A DNA stretch of 36,497 nucleotides from a virus (taxonomy: Duplodnaviria > Caudoviricetes): IMG/VR virus record IMGVR_UViG_3300024042_000039, positions 1 to 36,497 of that record; one strand, given 5' to 3'. Shown here one piece after another: positions 28,188-35,317 of this stretch. A model generated the notes under the pieces. The model had not been told where the DNA came from. It saw nothing but the letters and a program-made list of their open reading frames with translations, and did no database searches. Positions within the stretch are counted from its first letter, which is position 1. Each line of letters opens with the position of its first letter. Position numbers and translations under genes: made by a program.

Positions 28188-28871
28188 TCATAGCCGCCTC
28201 CCATTCCACCCATACACCACCCGCCCGCAGATGCGCACTTGCTGCGACCCGTCGAGCACATCCACCGTCTTCACGCTGGGGTTGTCGCTGCTGACGGAGT
28301 GCGTGCCATCCATGCGTCGCGTCACGCGCTTGATGAACAGTTGCCCGCCAGCCTGGAGCACATACACGCCGTCGATGTCGGCCACGGTGCAGTCGGTGTC
28401 CACGATGGCGAAATCGCCGGAATTGAGCGTACCGGCCATGCTGTCGCCGTAGGCGTGCACCATCTGCAGCGCCTCGGGCCGCGAGCGCGGCACGTTGAGC
28501 GCCAGCCAGTGGCGAGACACCGGCACATCGCCAAGGATCACGTCCTCGGTGATGAGATCGTTGCCAGGCCCCATGCTGCCCTTGGCACTGAGTAGGGGAA
28601 TGCGGATCGCGTCATCGCCGCTTGCTGGGGCAGGCGCAGGGCCTGAGAGGTGGTTACTGCGGCGGCCTGTGATGACGTAGGAGGCATCAACACCAAGGTC
28701 AGACATGACCGACAAAACTGCAGCGTTCGGTGTTTGTTTGCCCTTTTCCCAAGTTGCCAACGTGCCCCTATTCACGCCGCAAGCTTCCGAGAACGCAACC
28801 TGAGACAGGCCCAGGTGATTGCGCTCTTCCTCTATGCGTTTGCCGATGTGCTGAAAATTTCTATCACTCAT
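28188..28871 (-). CDS. cI: CI-like repressor (XRE HTH + S24 autopeptidase)
   Basis: RIEEERNHLGLSQ...WEKGKQTP HTH; GSMGPG cleavage region; GDSM Ser and FIKRV Lys. Confidence 0.93.
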   Translation of the reverse strand: MSDRNFQHIGKRIEEERNHLGLSQVAFSEACGVNRGTLATWEKGKQTPNAAVLSVMSDLGVDASYVITGRRSNHLSGPAPAPASGDDAIRIPLLSAKGSMGPGNDLITEDVILGDVPVSRHWLALNVPRSRPEALQMVHAYGDSMAGTLNSGDFAIVDTDCTVADIDGVYVLQAGGQLFIKRVTRRMDGTHSVSSDNPSVKTVDVLDGSQQVRICGRVVYGWNGRRL

Positions 28872-28903
28872 GGATTGACTTGCTAGAAATTTCTAGCAAC
28901 AAT
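28849..28903. promoter_or_regulatory. immunity switch: operators and early rightward promoter
   Basis: Perfect palindrome TTGCTAGAAATTTCTAGCAA (28880-28899) between -35 TTGACT and -10 AACAAT (17-nt spacer); degenerate copy TGCTGAAAATTTCTATCA (28849-28866). Confidence 0.82.
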
Positions 28904-29002
28904 GCGGCGCATACCAACTCACCGCGTGACGCCATGTTACACAGCATCAACGGGAGCGCCTGCACATCCATTGAGAAGGTCTGGCGCGCAGCGCGCAGCG
29001 CG

Positions 29003-29326
29003 CTAAAGCGCGCCGCCCGATGGAAGGCCCTCTTTGAGAGCCAACCCAGCAATACCAGCGCCGTAAATCTGCTGGAGCCGGGAAAGCTGGCTTTCAACAT
29101 CTGCGGGATTGCCATGAAGGACCCAGGTGGTGCAGCCACATGGATGACATTCAGCTGCCCCTGCAATATCGATCCCCGCCATGCCGCGCGTGTCCATTGG
29201 CGTAATGTCTGTCAGGTCAGCCTGGCAACTATTGCACTTCACGCTGGCTGGAAGCTTCGCTCGCTCGCGCGCCAGCGCTTGCTCGATCCGTTGCGCTTGG
29301 TTCCCTCTGCTTTTGGCTTGTCCCAT
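29003..29326 (-). CDS. putative zinc-ribbon protein
   Basis: MGQAKSRG N-terminus; CNSC and CHPC pairs. Confidence 0.6.
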   Translation of the reverse strand: MGQAKSRGNQAQRIEQALARERAKLPASVKCNSCQADLTDITPMDTRGMAGIDIAGAAECHPCGCTTWVLHGNPADVESQLSRLQQIYGAGIAGLALKEGLPSGGAL

Positions 29327-29358
29327 GGGCATTCATTCAAATGATGGATGGAACCACC

Positions 29359-29760
29359 ATGGTACATAGCGTTAAACAAACAACCGTGCGGGCGCACCAC
29401 AGTTCAGGTTTGGCATGCATCCAGCAGGCGGCACAGCGCGCGCGCAGCGACCGCGGACTGCTAGAGATGCGGCGGGAACAGCTGGGCGAGCGCCTGCGCC
29501 AGATCGCGACCGCCGGGCATTGCACTGCGGGCGGCCAGCGTTATGTACTAGCGCAGGCCGTTGGCAGCGCTGAACGACCCCTGTTGGTTTACCTGTGCGT
29601 CGTGGTCGAGCAGCCGGGGCAGTTGGTGTTTTGCGGCAACCGCAAGCCCATCGAGTTCTCGGAATCCGACGCCCTTGCGCTGGCGCCGCTGCTGACTGCC
29701 TTTATGGGTGCAGTGGAGTTTCAGCCCAAAGACCTCTTGCTAGGGGGAGCGCTGGCATGA
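29359..29760 (+). CDS. hypothetical early protein
   Basis: Open frame downstream of the early promoter; start uncertain (29341-29359). Confidence 0.45.
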   Translation: MVHSVKQTTVRAHHSSGLACIQQAAQRARSDRGLLEMRREQLGERLRQIATAGHCTAGGQRYVLAQAVGSAERPLLVYLCVVVEQPGQLVFCGNRKPIEFSESDALALAPLLTAFMGAVEFQPKDLLLGGALA

Positions 29761-29795
29761 AATCGCAACCCAGCAACCGGGACTGCGCGTCTCTG

Positions 29796-30200
29796 CTACC
29801 GGGGGGACGTGTAGGTAAGGCAGGCTTTCAGCGCGGCAGTCACGGCCTCCGGGTTGGTATAGCCTGCCCCACCCATCGGCCCGTACAGCAATGGCTGCTT
29901 GCGTGCTGCGCGCTGCTGCTCCCATGCGCTGAGGAAGCCTTTGCGCTGCCACCAGTGCAGGCGCAGTACCAAACGGTCTATTTCCACGACGCCGGGAGCG
30001 CTGTGGACACCCATGACGCTGGGACGCTCGGCTTCCTTGAGCAGCCATTCGCGCACGGGCGCAGCAGCTTCGTTGAACTCCTTGCGCAAGTCCCGCAGCA
30101 GCGCGGTGTGGTGACCAATCAGCAGCCCAAAAAAGAAGGTGAGAAGCGAAACGATGCGCTCGCTGAACAGGTTGGGGAGCAGAGTAAAGAGGTCAGCCAT
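29796..30200 (-). CDS. membrane-anchored hypothetical protein
   Basis: TM IVSLLTFFFGLLIG followed by LRDLRKEFNEAAAPVREWL. Confidence 0.55.
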   Translation of the reverse strand: MADLFTLLPNLFSERIVSLLTFFFGLLIGHHTALLRDLRKEFNEAAAPVREWLLKEAERPSVMGVHSAPGVVEIDRLVLRLHWWQRKGFLSAWEQQRAARKQPLLYGPMGGAGYTNPEAVTAALKACLTYTSPR

Positions 30201-30344
30201 GGGCAGGGCAAGAAAAGCGCGCTGGATTGGGATTGGTGGCACATCGCCTTCATGGGACTGATGGGCTTTGCCATGGGAGGCGGCTTTAGTCGCCGCTGAA
30301 GTCACGGGTTGGAATCGTAATACGGGGATTGAAGGGGTAACGCC

Positions 30345-30566
30345 ATGGCATACGACAACAAGGAACAGCGCCGCGTGTTTCGGCACACCGTGCGCTTCAA
30401 GAAGGCCGACGATGTGCTGCTGGCCGTGCTGGCAGACCGCCTGGGCGTGCAGAAGGCCACGCTGATCCAGAACATGGCGTTGCTGGCAGCTGAAAAGGAG
30501 CTGCAGAAGCTGGGCCTTGGCGCTATGGCTCAGACCACCACAGCGGGCACCGCGGCGCGCTGCTGA
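30345..30566 (+). CDS. small RHH-like DNA-binding protein
   Basis: beta-strand HTVRF followed by two helices (LLAVLADRLG, KATLIQNM); GAAGGGG SD. Confidence 0.7.
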   Translation: MAYDNKEQRRVFRHTVRFKKADDVLLAVLADRLGVQKATLIQNMALLAAEKELQKLGLGAMAQTTTAGTAARC

Positions 30567-30591
30567 CGCGCCACCGTGAAGGCCATGCCCA

Positions 30592-30795
30592 ATGCAGACA
30601 ACAGAAACCCAGGTGGAAGTCTCTGCCGAAATGGAGCACCAGCTGGAACGGCTGCGGCGGGCCTATCGCCTGCCCACGACCACGGCGGTGCTGGAGCTGC
30701 TCATTAGCACCCAGATTGACCGCAGCGTGTACGAAATGACGGGCATCAAGCCAGGCCCGAAGCTGGCGATTGACAACACACCAGGAAGAACATGA
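30592..30795 (+). CDS. small RHH-like protein
   Basis: QVEVSAEMEHQLERLRRAY..TTTAVLELLI. Confidence 0.6.
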   Translation: MQTTETQVEVSAEMEHQLERLRRAYRLPTTTAVLELLISTQIDRSVYEMTGIKPGPKLAIDNTPGRT

Positions 30796-31064
30796 TGCAT
30801 ACCGCAAAGAACCAAGCTACCACCAGCTTCAAGGCCCTGGTGGCGGCCAATCGCACAGCCGGGCGCCTGGCCGCCCCCGTGGTGCAAGAGCCCAAGAAGA
30901 AGATGGCGCAGGCAGGCATGCGCCTGTGGCCCGAGGAGTTGCTCAAGGCCCGGGAGCTGGCCGCCGACGAGGAGCGTAGCGCAGCGAGCTTTATGCGCCG
31001 CATTTACCTGCGCGGGCTGGAGAGCTACATGGCCGAGCGTGGCGGTGCCACGCCGGAGCAGTAA
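30792..31064 (+). CDS. CopG/RHH-like regulator
   Basis: GMRLWPEEL..ARELAADEERSAASFMRRIYLRGL. Confidence 0.68.
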   Translation: MMHTAKNQATTSFKALVAANRTAGRLAAPVVQEPKKKMAQAGMRLWPEELLKARELAADEERSAASFMRRIYLRGLESYMAERGGATPEQ

Positions 31065-31116
31065 GGGCAGCAAATAGCTGCTCAAAAGCTGCAAAACGAT
31101 GTCCACCGGGGAAAGC

Positions 31117-31530
31117 ATGTCCAACTCGCAGACTGAGCGCGAAGCGCTGCAGGCGGCAAAGCCGGGGCGCCAGCGCACCAGCCAACAAGGGCGCAGGCTG
31201 CGCTATGAGGGCACTCGCTTTCAGTGCCCACACTGCAAGGCGTCGTCAGAAATTCGCACCGGCCGCATGGTCAGCGACACGATGCGTGAAGCGATTTACG
31301 CATGCACGAACGTTGAATGTGGTCACACATTCGTGGTGCTGTCTGAGGTGGCGCGCACGTTGAGCCCCTCGGCGACACCTGACCCTACCGTGAACCTGCC
31401 CCTTTCCACCCACGTGCGCCGAGACATGGTGCGGGTGGTGCTGGACAACGCTGGTGAATCCGAGCACCAGGCCAGATACACGCTGCCCGTGACGGGCGAC
31501 CTCTTTGCAGGGGGCGCCGACACCTCGTAG
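31117..31530 (+). CDS. ogr: Ogr/Delta zinc-finger late activator
   Basis: CPHC...YACTNVECGHTFV...RTLSPSATP; start 31099 or 31117. Confidence 0.9.
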   Translation: MSNSQTEREALQAAKPGRQRTSQQGRRLRYEGTRFQCPHCKASSEIRTGRMVSDTMREAIYACTNVECGHTFVVLSEVARTLSPSATPDPTVNLPLSTHVRRDMVRVVLDNAGESEHQARYTLPVTGDLFAGGADTS

Positions 31531-31546
31531 CCGGGCGCCCCACCAG

Positions 31547-31627
31547 CCGCTGATTAGCAGCGGAATCAACCACAACAACCACCGATTTTTTGCAAGGCGG
31601 AAACGCCTGGCAGGGACTTTTTTTGCC
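31547..31627 (+). terminator. hairpin cluster / possible terminator after ogr
   Basis: CCGCTG-ATTAG-CAGCGG, AGGCG-GAAA-CGCCT, then GGCA..T7..GCC. Confidence 0.45.
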
Positions 31628-31649
31628 CAAAAAACCTGAAAGGAAGGCC

Positions 31650-31838
31650 ATGGCTGACATGACAGAGGACAAGAGAACCTTCGTGATGACCTATCGCAGC
31701 GCGGGCAAGCTGCGCGCGCAGCCGCTGCTGGCGTGCTCGCTGGCCGAGGCATGGGCACGGGCTTTTGAGGTGGCCGAGGCGCTGGGCTGCGGGCCGCTGT
31801 GCGGCTTTGCCGTGCGGCGCTGCGGGGGTGGCGCATGA
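31650..31838 (+). CDS. hypothetical protein
   Basis: AGGAAGG SD; ATGA overlap with the next gene. Confidence 0.55.
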   Translation: MADMTEDKRTFVMTYRSAGKLRAQPLLACSLAEAWARAFEVAEALGCGPLCGFAVRRCGGGA

Positions 31839-32173
31839 ACGACGCGACAGTAGAGCACAGCGCGCACGTGGCTGCGTACCTGCGCTGGCAGCATAGGACG
31901 CGGCTGACTGAATTGCGCGACGATTTTGTGCAGATCGCCAGCAACGGGCGCTTTGTTTCTGCGGCGGCAAAGGAGTGGCGCGAGCTGCATAGCACTTGGC
32001 GCATGGTGCTGCTGATGGTGGCGGGTGTGGGTGTGGATAGCGACGATCTGGGTACGCTGGCCACGCGCTCATGGCAGGAAATGCCGGAGCCAGAGCAGCA
32101 GGCGGTGCGCTGGGCCGTGCGCGATGCCAAGAAGAACGTGGCGGCCCTGGCGGCCCTGGCCGCACGGGTGTAG
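31835..32173 (+). CDS. hypothetical protein
   Basis: Coupled ORF directly upstream of gene A. Confidence 0.65.
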   Translation: MNDATVEHSAHVAAYLRWQHRTRLTELRDDFVQIASNGRFVSAAAKEWRELHSTWRMVLLMVAGVGVDSDDLGTLATRSWQEMPEPEQQAVRWAVRDAKKNVAALAALAARV

Positions 32174-32176
32174 CCC

Positions 32177-34147
32177 ATGGCCACCATCCCGCGCAAGCCG
32201 CCCACTGGCTCGCTGGCCGAGTGGGAAAGAAGCAAGCCCACGCTGCGCATGGCGCACGGCCACATGGAGCGCGTGGTGGCCAGCGCCCCCGCGGGATGGC
32301 AGGCGGTGGTGCGCGAGCGGCTGGCCGTGGGCGCGCTGTCGCCCATCAAGTCGCTGGATGCCTCCAACCTCACGGCAGAGCAGTACCTGGCCCAGCCGCC
32401 GGAATGGGCGCAGGCCTGGGACCTGCTGCAGGCCATTGCCGACTACGAGGACCGCTTTGGCCTGGCCAGCCTGTGGAACCTGGAAGACTACGAAATCTGC
32501 CGCATGGCCAAGAAGCTGGCGGCCGAGGCGGATGAACTGGATGCACTGGCCCAGGGCCAGGGCTGCACGCTGGCCGAGCGCGTGGACTCCATCCGGCTGC
32601 TGGTGCGCTGCGTTGGCATTGCCGAAGACAAGCCTATCGTAGGCCTGCCCGCCATCCTGCGCGCGCAGGACCCGGCCTGGTGGCGCCGCCGCCTGCGCGT
32701 GCACGTGGCGCGCGTGGTCGAAGCCGGGGCCGTGGGCATGGGCCTGGTGCACCGGGGCACGGGCGGCTATGTGAGCCGCGATGGCCTGCAACGGCGCCAG
32801 GCGCAGCTGCGGCGCAACGCCGAAGCGCTGCACCGCACGCTGTACCGCAACGAAGCCGGCCAGGTGTGGGCGCTGGACGAGCTGGCCGCGCTAGGCACGG
32901 CCAACCCGGCGGTGCGCGGTGGCGAGCTGATGACGCGCATCCGCGGTGCCGAGGAATACGCCGATGCGCGCGCCCACGTTGGGCTGTTCCTCACCATGAC
33001 CCTGCCCAGCCGCTTCCATCCCGTGAAGCTGGGAAACGGCGGGCGGCCGGTGGCGAACAAGAAATACAGCGGCGCCACGCCGCGCGACGGCCAGCTGTGG
33101 CTGCGCGCCATGTGGCAGAAAGCACGCGCAAAGCTGCAGCGCCTGGGCGTGCGCGTGTACGGCCTGCGCGTGGCCGAGCCGCACCATGACGCCACGCCCC
33201 ACTGGCACGCACTGCTGTGGTGCGAGGACGAAACCGACGCGCAGGCGCTGGAGGCGGTGATACGCCACTACTGGCTCAGCGACGACGGCGAAGAACGCGG
33301 GGCGCAGGAGAACCGCATCAACGTCAAGCGCATGACGAAGGGCGGCGCGGCGGGCTACGTGGCCAAGTACATCGCCAAGAGCGTGGGCCACATTGCGCTG
33401 GCAGAGCACCAGGACGTGGTGAACGGACAGCAGCTGGCGCTGGACTTTCAAACATCCTGGGATGCCAAGGATGTGAAGGAACCCGCAGGCCAGGGCCACA
33501 TGAGTGTGGACGCCTGGGCGGCTACCTGGGGAATACGGCAATTCCAGACCATCGGCATGCCCAGCGTGACGGTGTGGCGCGAGCTGCGCCGGGTGACGGG
33601 CGACCAGCTGGAGCTGTTCCAGCGCGAGGGCGACCGCGACACCGTGCGGGCCTATCACGCATGCCACCGGCATGGGGAAATCCGGGCCGACTTCCGCGCC
33701 TTTATGGAAGCCATGGGGGGCCACGCCTGCAAGCGCGGCGAATGGCTGCTGCGCACGGCGCACCGCCATGTGGAGCCTGGGCAGGCGAACCGCTACGGCG
33801 AAGCGGTGAAGGTGGGGCGCATCGTCGGCCTGGTGCCACAGCGCGGGCGCATGTGCGGGCGCTGGCTGGTGAGCCGGCGCATTGCCTGGCGCCCAGTGGT
33901 GCAGGAGCACGCGCAGGAAGGTGCCCAGGACGGCGGCCAAACCAGCGCGCAGGCCCCGGCGCAGGGCGCGGAGCGCGCCGCCTTGGCGGCGCCTTGGACT
34001 GGTTTCAATAACTGTACGGCCCGGCTTGAGGGCGGGCTGCGGCGGATGGTTTTTGGCCGCGGCGACCATGAAATCGAGGACTGGTGCACTCCAAAAGTGG
34101 TGGCCCATTTCAGGGCACTGCGTAACGCGGAGTCGTGCCAGCGATGA
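32177..34147 (+). CDS. A: rolling-circle replication initiator gpA (HUH endonuclease)
   Basis: WWRRRLR, FLTMTLPSRFH, RVAEPHHDATPHWH, YVAKYIAK, WAATWGIRQFQ, TVWRELRR. Confidence 0.95.
   Translation: MATIPRKPPTGSLAEWERSKPTLRMAHGHMERVVASAPAGWQAVVRERLAVGALSPIKSLDASNLTAEQYLAQPPEWAQAWDLLQAIADYEDRFGLASLWNLEDYEICRMAKKLAAEADELDALAQGQGCTLAERVDSIRLLVRCVGIAEDKPIVGLPAILRAQDPAWWRRRLRVHVARVVEAGAVGMGLVHRGTGGYVSRDGLQRRQAQLRRNAEALHRTLYRNEAGQVWALDELAALGTANPAVRGGELMTRIRGAEEYADARAHVGLFLTMTLPSRFHPVKLGNGGRPVANKKYSGATPRDGQLWLRAMWQKARAKLQRLGVRVYGLRVAEPHHDATPHWHALLWCEDETDAQALEAVIRHYWLSDDGEERGAQENRINVKRMTKGGAAGYVAKYIAKSVGHIALAEHQDVVNGQQLALDFQTSWDAKDVKEPAGQGHMSVDAWAATWGIRQFQTIGMPSVTVWRELRRVTGDQLELFQREGDRDTVRAYHACHRHGEIRADFRAFMEAMGGHACKRGEWLLRTAHRHVEPGQANRYGEAVKVGRIVGLVPQRGRMCGRWLVSRRIAWRPVVQEHAQEGAQDGGQTSAQAPAQGAERAALAAPWTGFNNCTARLEGGLRRMVFGRGDHEIEDWCTPKVVAHFRALRNAESCQR
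33989..34015 (+). other. rolling-circle origin inside gene A
   Basis: GCGCCTTGGACTGGTTTCAATAACTGT closely resembles the P2 ori as recalled (GCGCCTCGGAGTCCTGTCAATAACTGT). Confidence 0.72.
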
Positions 34148-34416
34148 AAAAACAGGCACCAAAGCACACGACCGCCACCGAGGCGCGCAGCGCCATGGCC
34201 GAAACCGGACGCAAACCCACCCCACTGCAGGCCCAGGTGCTGCTGGCTGCCCGCCGACGCTGCGACGACATGGGCGACAGCCAGGCCGCCCGCGACCAGA
34301 TGAGGCGCGAGGTGCTGGACACACCGGCCGAGCTGCTGGCCGACCTGCTGACCGCCCTTTCCACCGTGCGCGTGACGCGCGCCGACCTTTTCCACCAGAC
34401 CACCCCAAAGGAGTGA
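34144..34416 (+). CDS. hypothetical protein
   Basis: ATGA overlap with A; LLAARRRCDDMGDS..AR.QMR..VL.TP. Confidence 0.65.
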   Translation: MKKQAPKHTTATEARSAMAETGRKPTPLQAQVLLAARRRCDDMGDSQAARDQMRREVLDTPAELLADLLTALSTVRVTRADLFHQTTPKE

Positions 34417-34421
34417 AGGCC

Positions 34422-34640
34422 ATGAACGCCAAACGCACAGAACCCCGCGTGCATTGCTACCAGCGGCCGCTGCACGGCGGCTACGTGACGGCCGCGGGCA
34501 GCACGCCCGACCGGCTGGCCGCCGTGTTCGCCGCCGAGCGCGAACGCCTGGCCGAGGCCACCCGCCCGCGCCGCAAGCGCCGCCAGCTGGTGGCGCCGGC
34601 CGCTGACCCCCACCAGGCCCAGCTGCAGCTGGTGGCCTGA
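34422..34640 (+). CDS. hypothetical protein
   Basis: AAGGAG upstream; YVTAAGST...FAAERERL. Confidence 0.55.
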   Translation: MNAKRTEPRVHCYQRPLHGGYVTAAGSTPDRLAAVFAAERERLAEATRPRRKRRQLVAPAADPHQAQLQLVA

Positions 34641-34665
34641 ACCGATTTCACAGGAGGAACCGACC

Positions 34666-34875
34666 ATGCAGACAATCACCCAAGTGCTGCCGCTGCGCAG
34701 CTACCGCGCGCACCTTGTGCCGCAGAACGTCAACCCCGAGGACGTGGAAGACCTGGCCGACGCCAAGCTGCTGCCCACTATCCGGCTGAAAGCCGCCACC
34801 GCCACGCAGGCCGAAGCGCTGGCGCACATCGCCAGCGGTAAGCAGGTGCTGCGCGTGGAACGGGTGGAGGGCTGA
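34666..34875 (+). CDS. hypothetical protein
   Basis: AGGAGG SD; LPTIRLKA...A..ASGKQVLRVERVE. Confidence 0.7.
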   Translation: MQTITQVLPLRSYRAHLVPQNVNPEDVEDLADAKLLPTIRLKAATATQAEALAHIASGKQVLRVERVEG

Positions 34876-34878
34876 ACG

Positions 34879-35058
34879 ATGGTGCCCAAGACTTGCGAGA
34901 ACTGCGTGCACCGCACGCCAGCGCCGCCCCCGCCGCCGGGGCGGCATGGGTCGATGCAGAACAGCGGCTTTGCGCTGTGCGCGAAGGGGCCGAAGTGGAA
35001 GTTCTGGCCGCCGCAGCACACGTGCAACCGGCACCAGGCCAAGCGCGCGGAGGGCTAA
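34879..35058 (+). CDS. small Cys-rich protein (not in ORF track)
   Basis: GGAGG SD; MVPKTCENCVH...FALCAKG...QHTCNRH (59 aa). Confidence 0.6.
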   Translation: MVPKTCENCVHRTPAPPPPPGRHGSMQNSGFALCAKGPKWKFWPPQHTCNRHQAKRAEG

Positions 35059-35069
35059 GCGTGGGAAAT

Positions 35070-35267
35070 ATGATTCTTTCCAAGGTGCAGTTGCTAGATG
35101 AACTCGACATCGCAGAGAACACGCTGCGCGCGTTGATCGAGCAGCGCGGCTTTCCGCACCCGCGCAAGATGGGGGCCAAGCTGTTTTGGCTGGTAACTGA
35201 GGTGATGGAGTGGCTGCAGGGGTGCCCAAGGGCATGGGGCGGTGCCGAGGAACAACAAAAAGGATAG
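35070..35267 (+). CDS. AlpA-family excisionase / recombination directionality factor
   Basis: LDIAENTLRALI...GFPHPRKMG...WLVTEVMEWL; converges on the integrase. Confidence 0.8.
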   Translation: MILSKVQLLDELDIAENTLRALIEQRGFPHPRKMGAKLFWLVTEVMEWLQGCPRAWGGAEEQQKG

Positions 35268-35294
35268 CAACCTGCGCAGGATGGATAACGGTTG

Positions 35295-35317
35295 AGCGCC
35301 CTATTGGGCGCTTTTTT
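35295..35317 (+). terminator. intrinsic terminator of the early operon
   Basis: AGCGCCC-TATT-GGGCGCT followed by a T run; overlaps the int stop codon. Confidence 0.75.

Noticed and set aside
26946-28288. cI 3' repeat pair as a DGR template/variable repeat
   Set aside because: Mismatches are not adenine-specific on either strand and no reverse transcriptase is present
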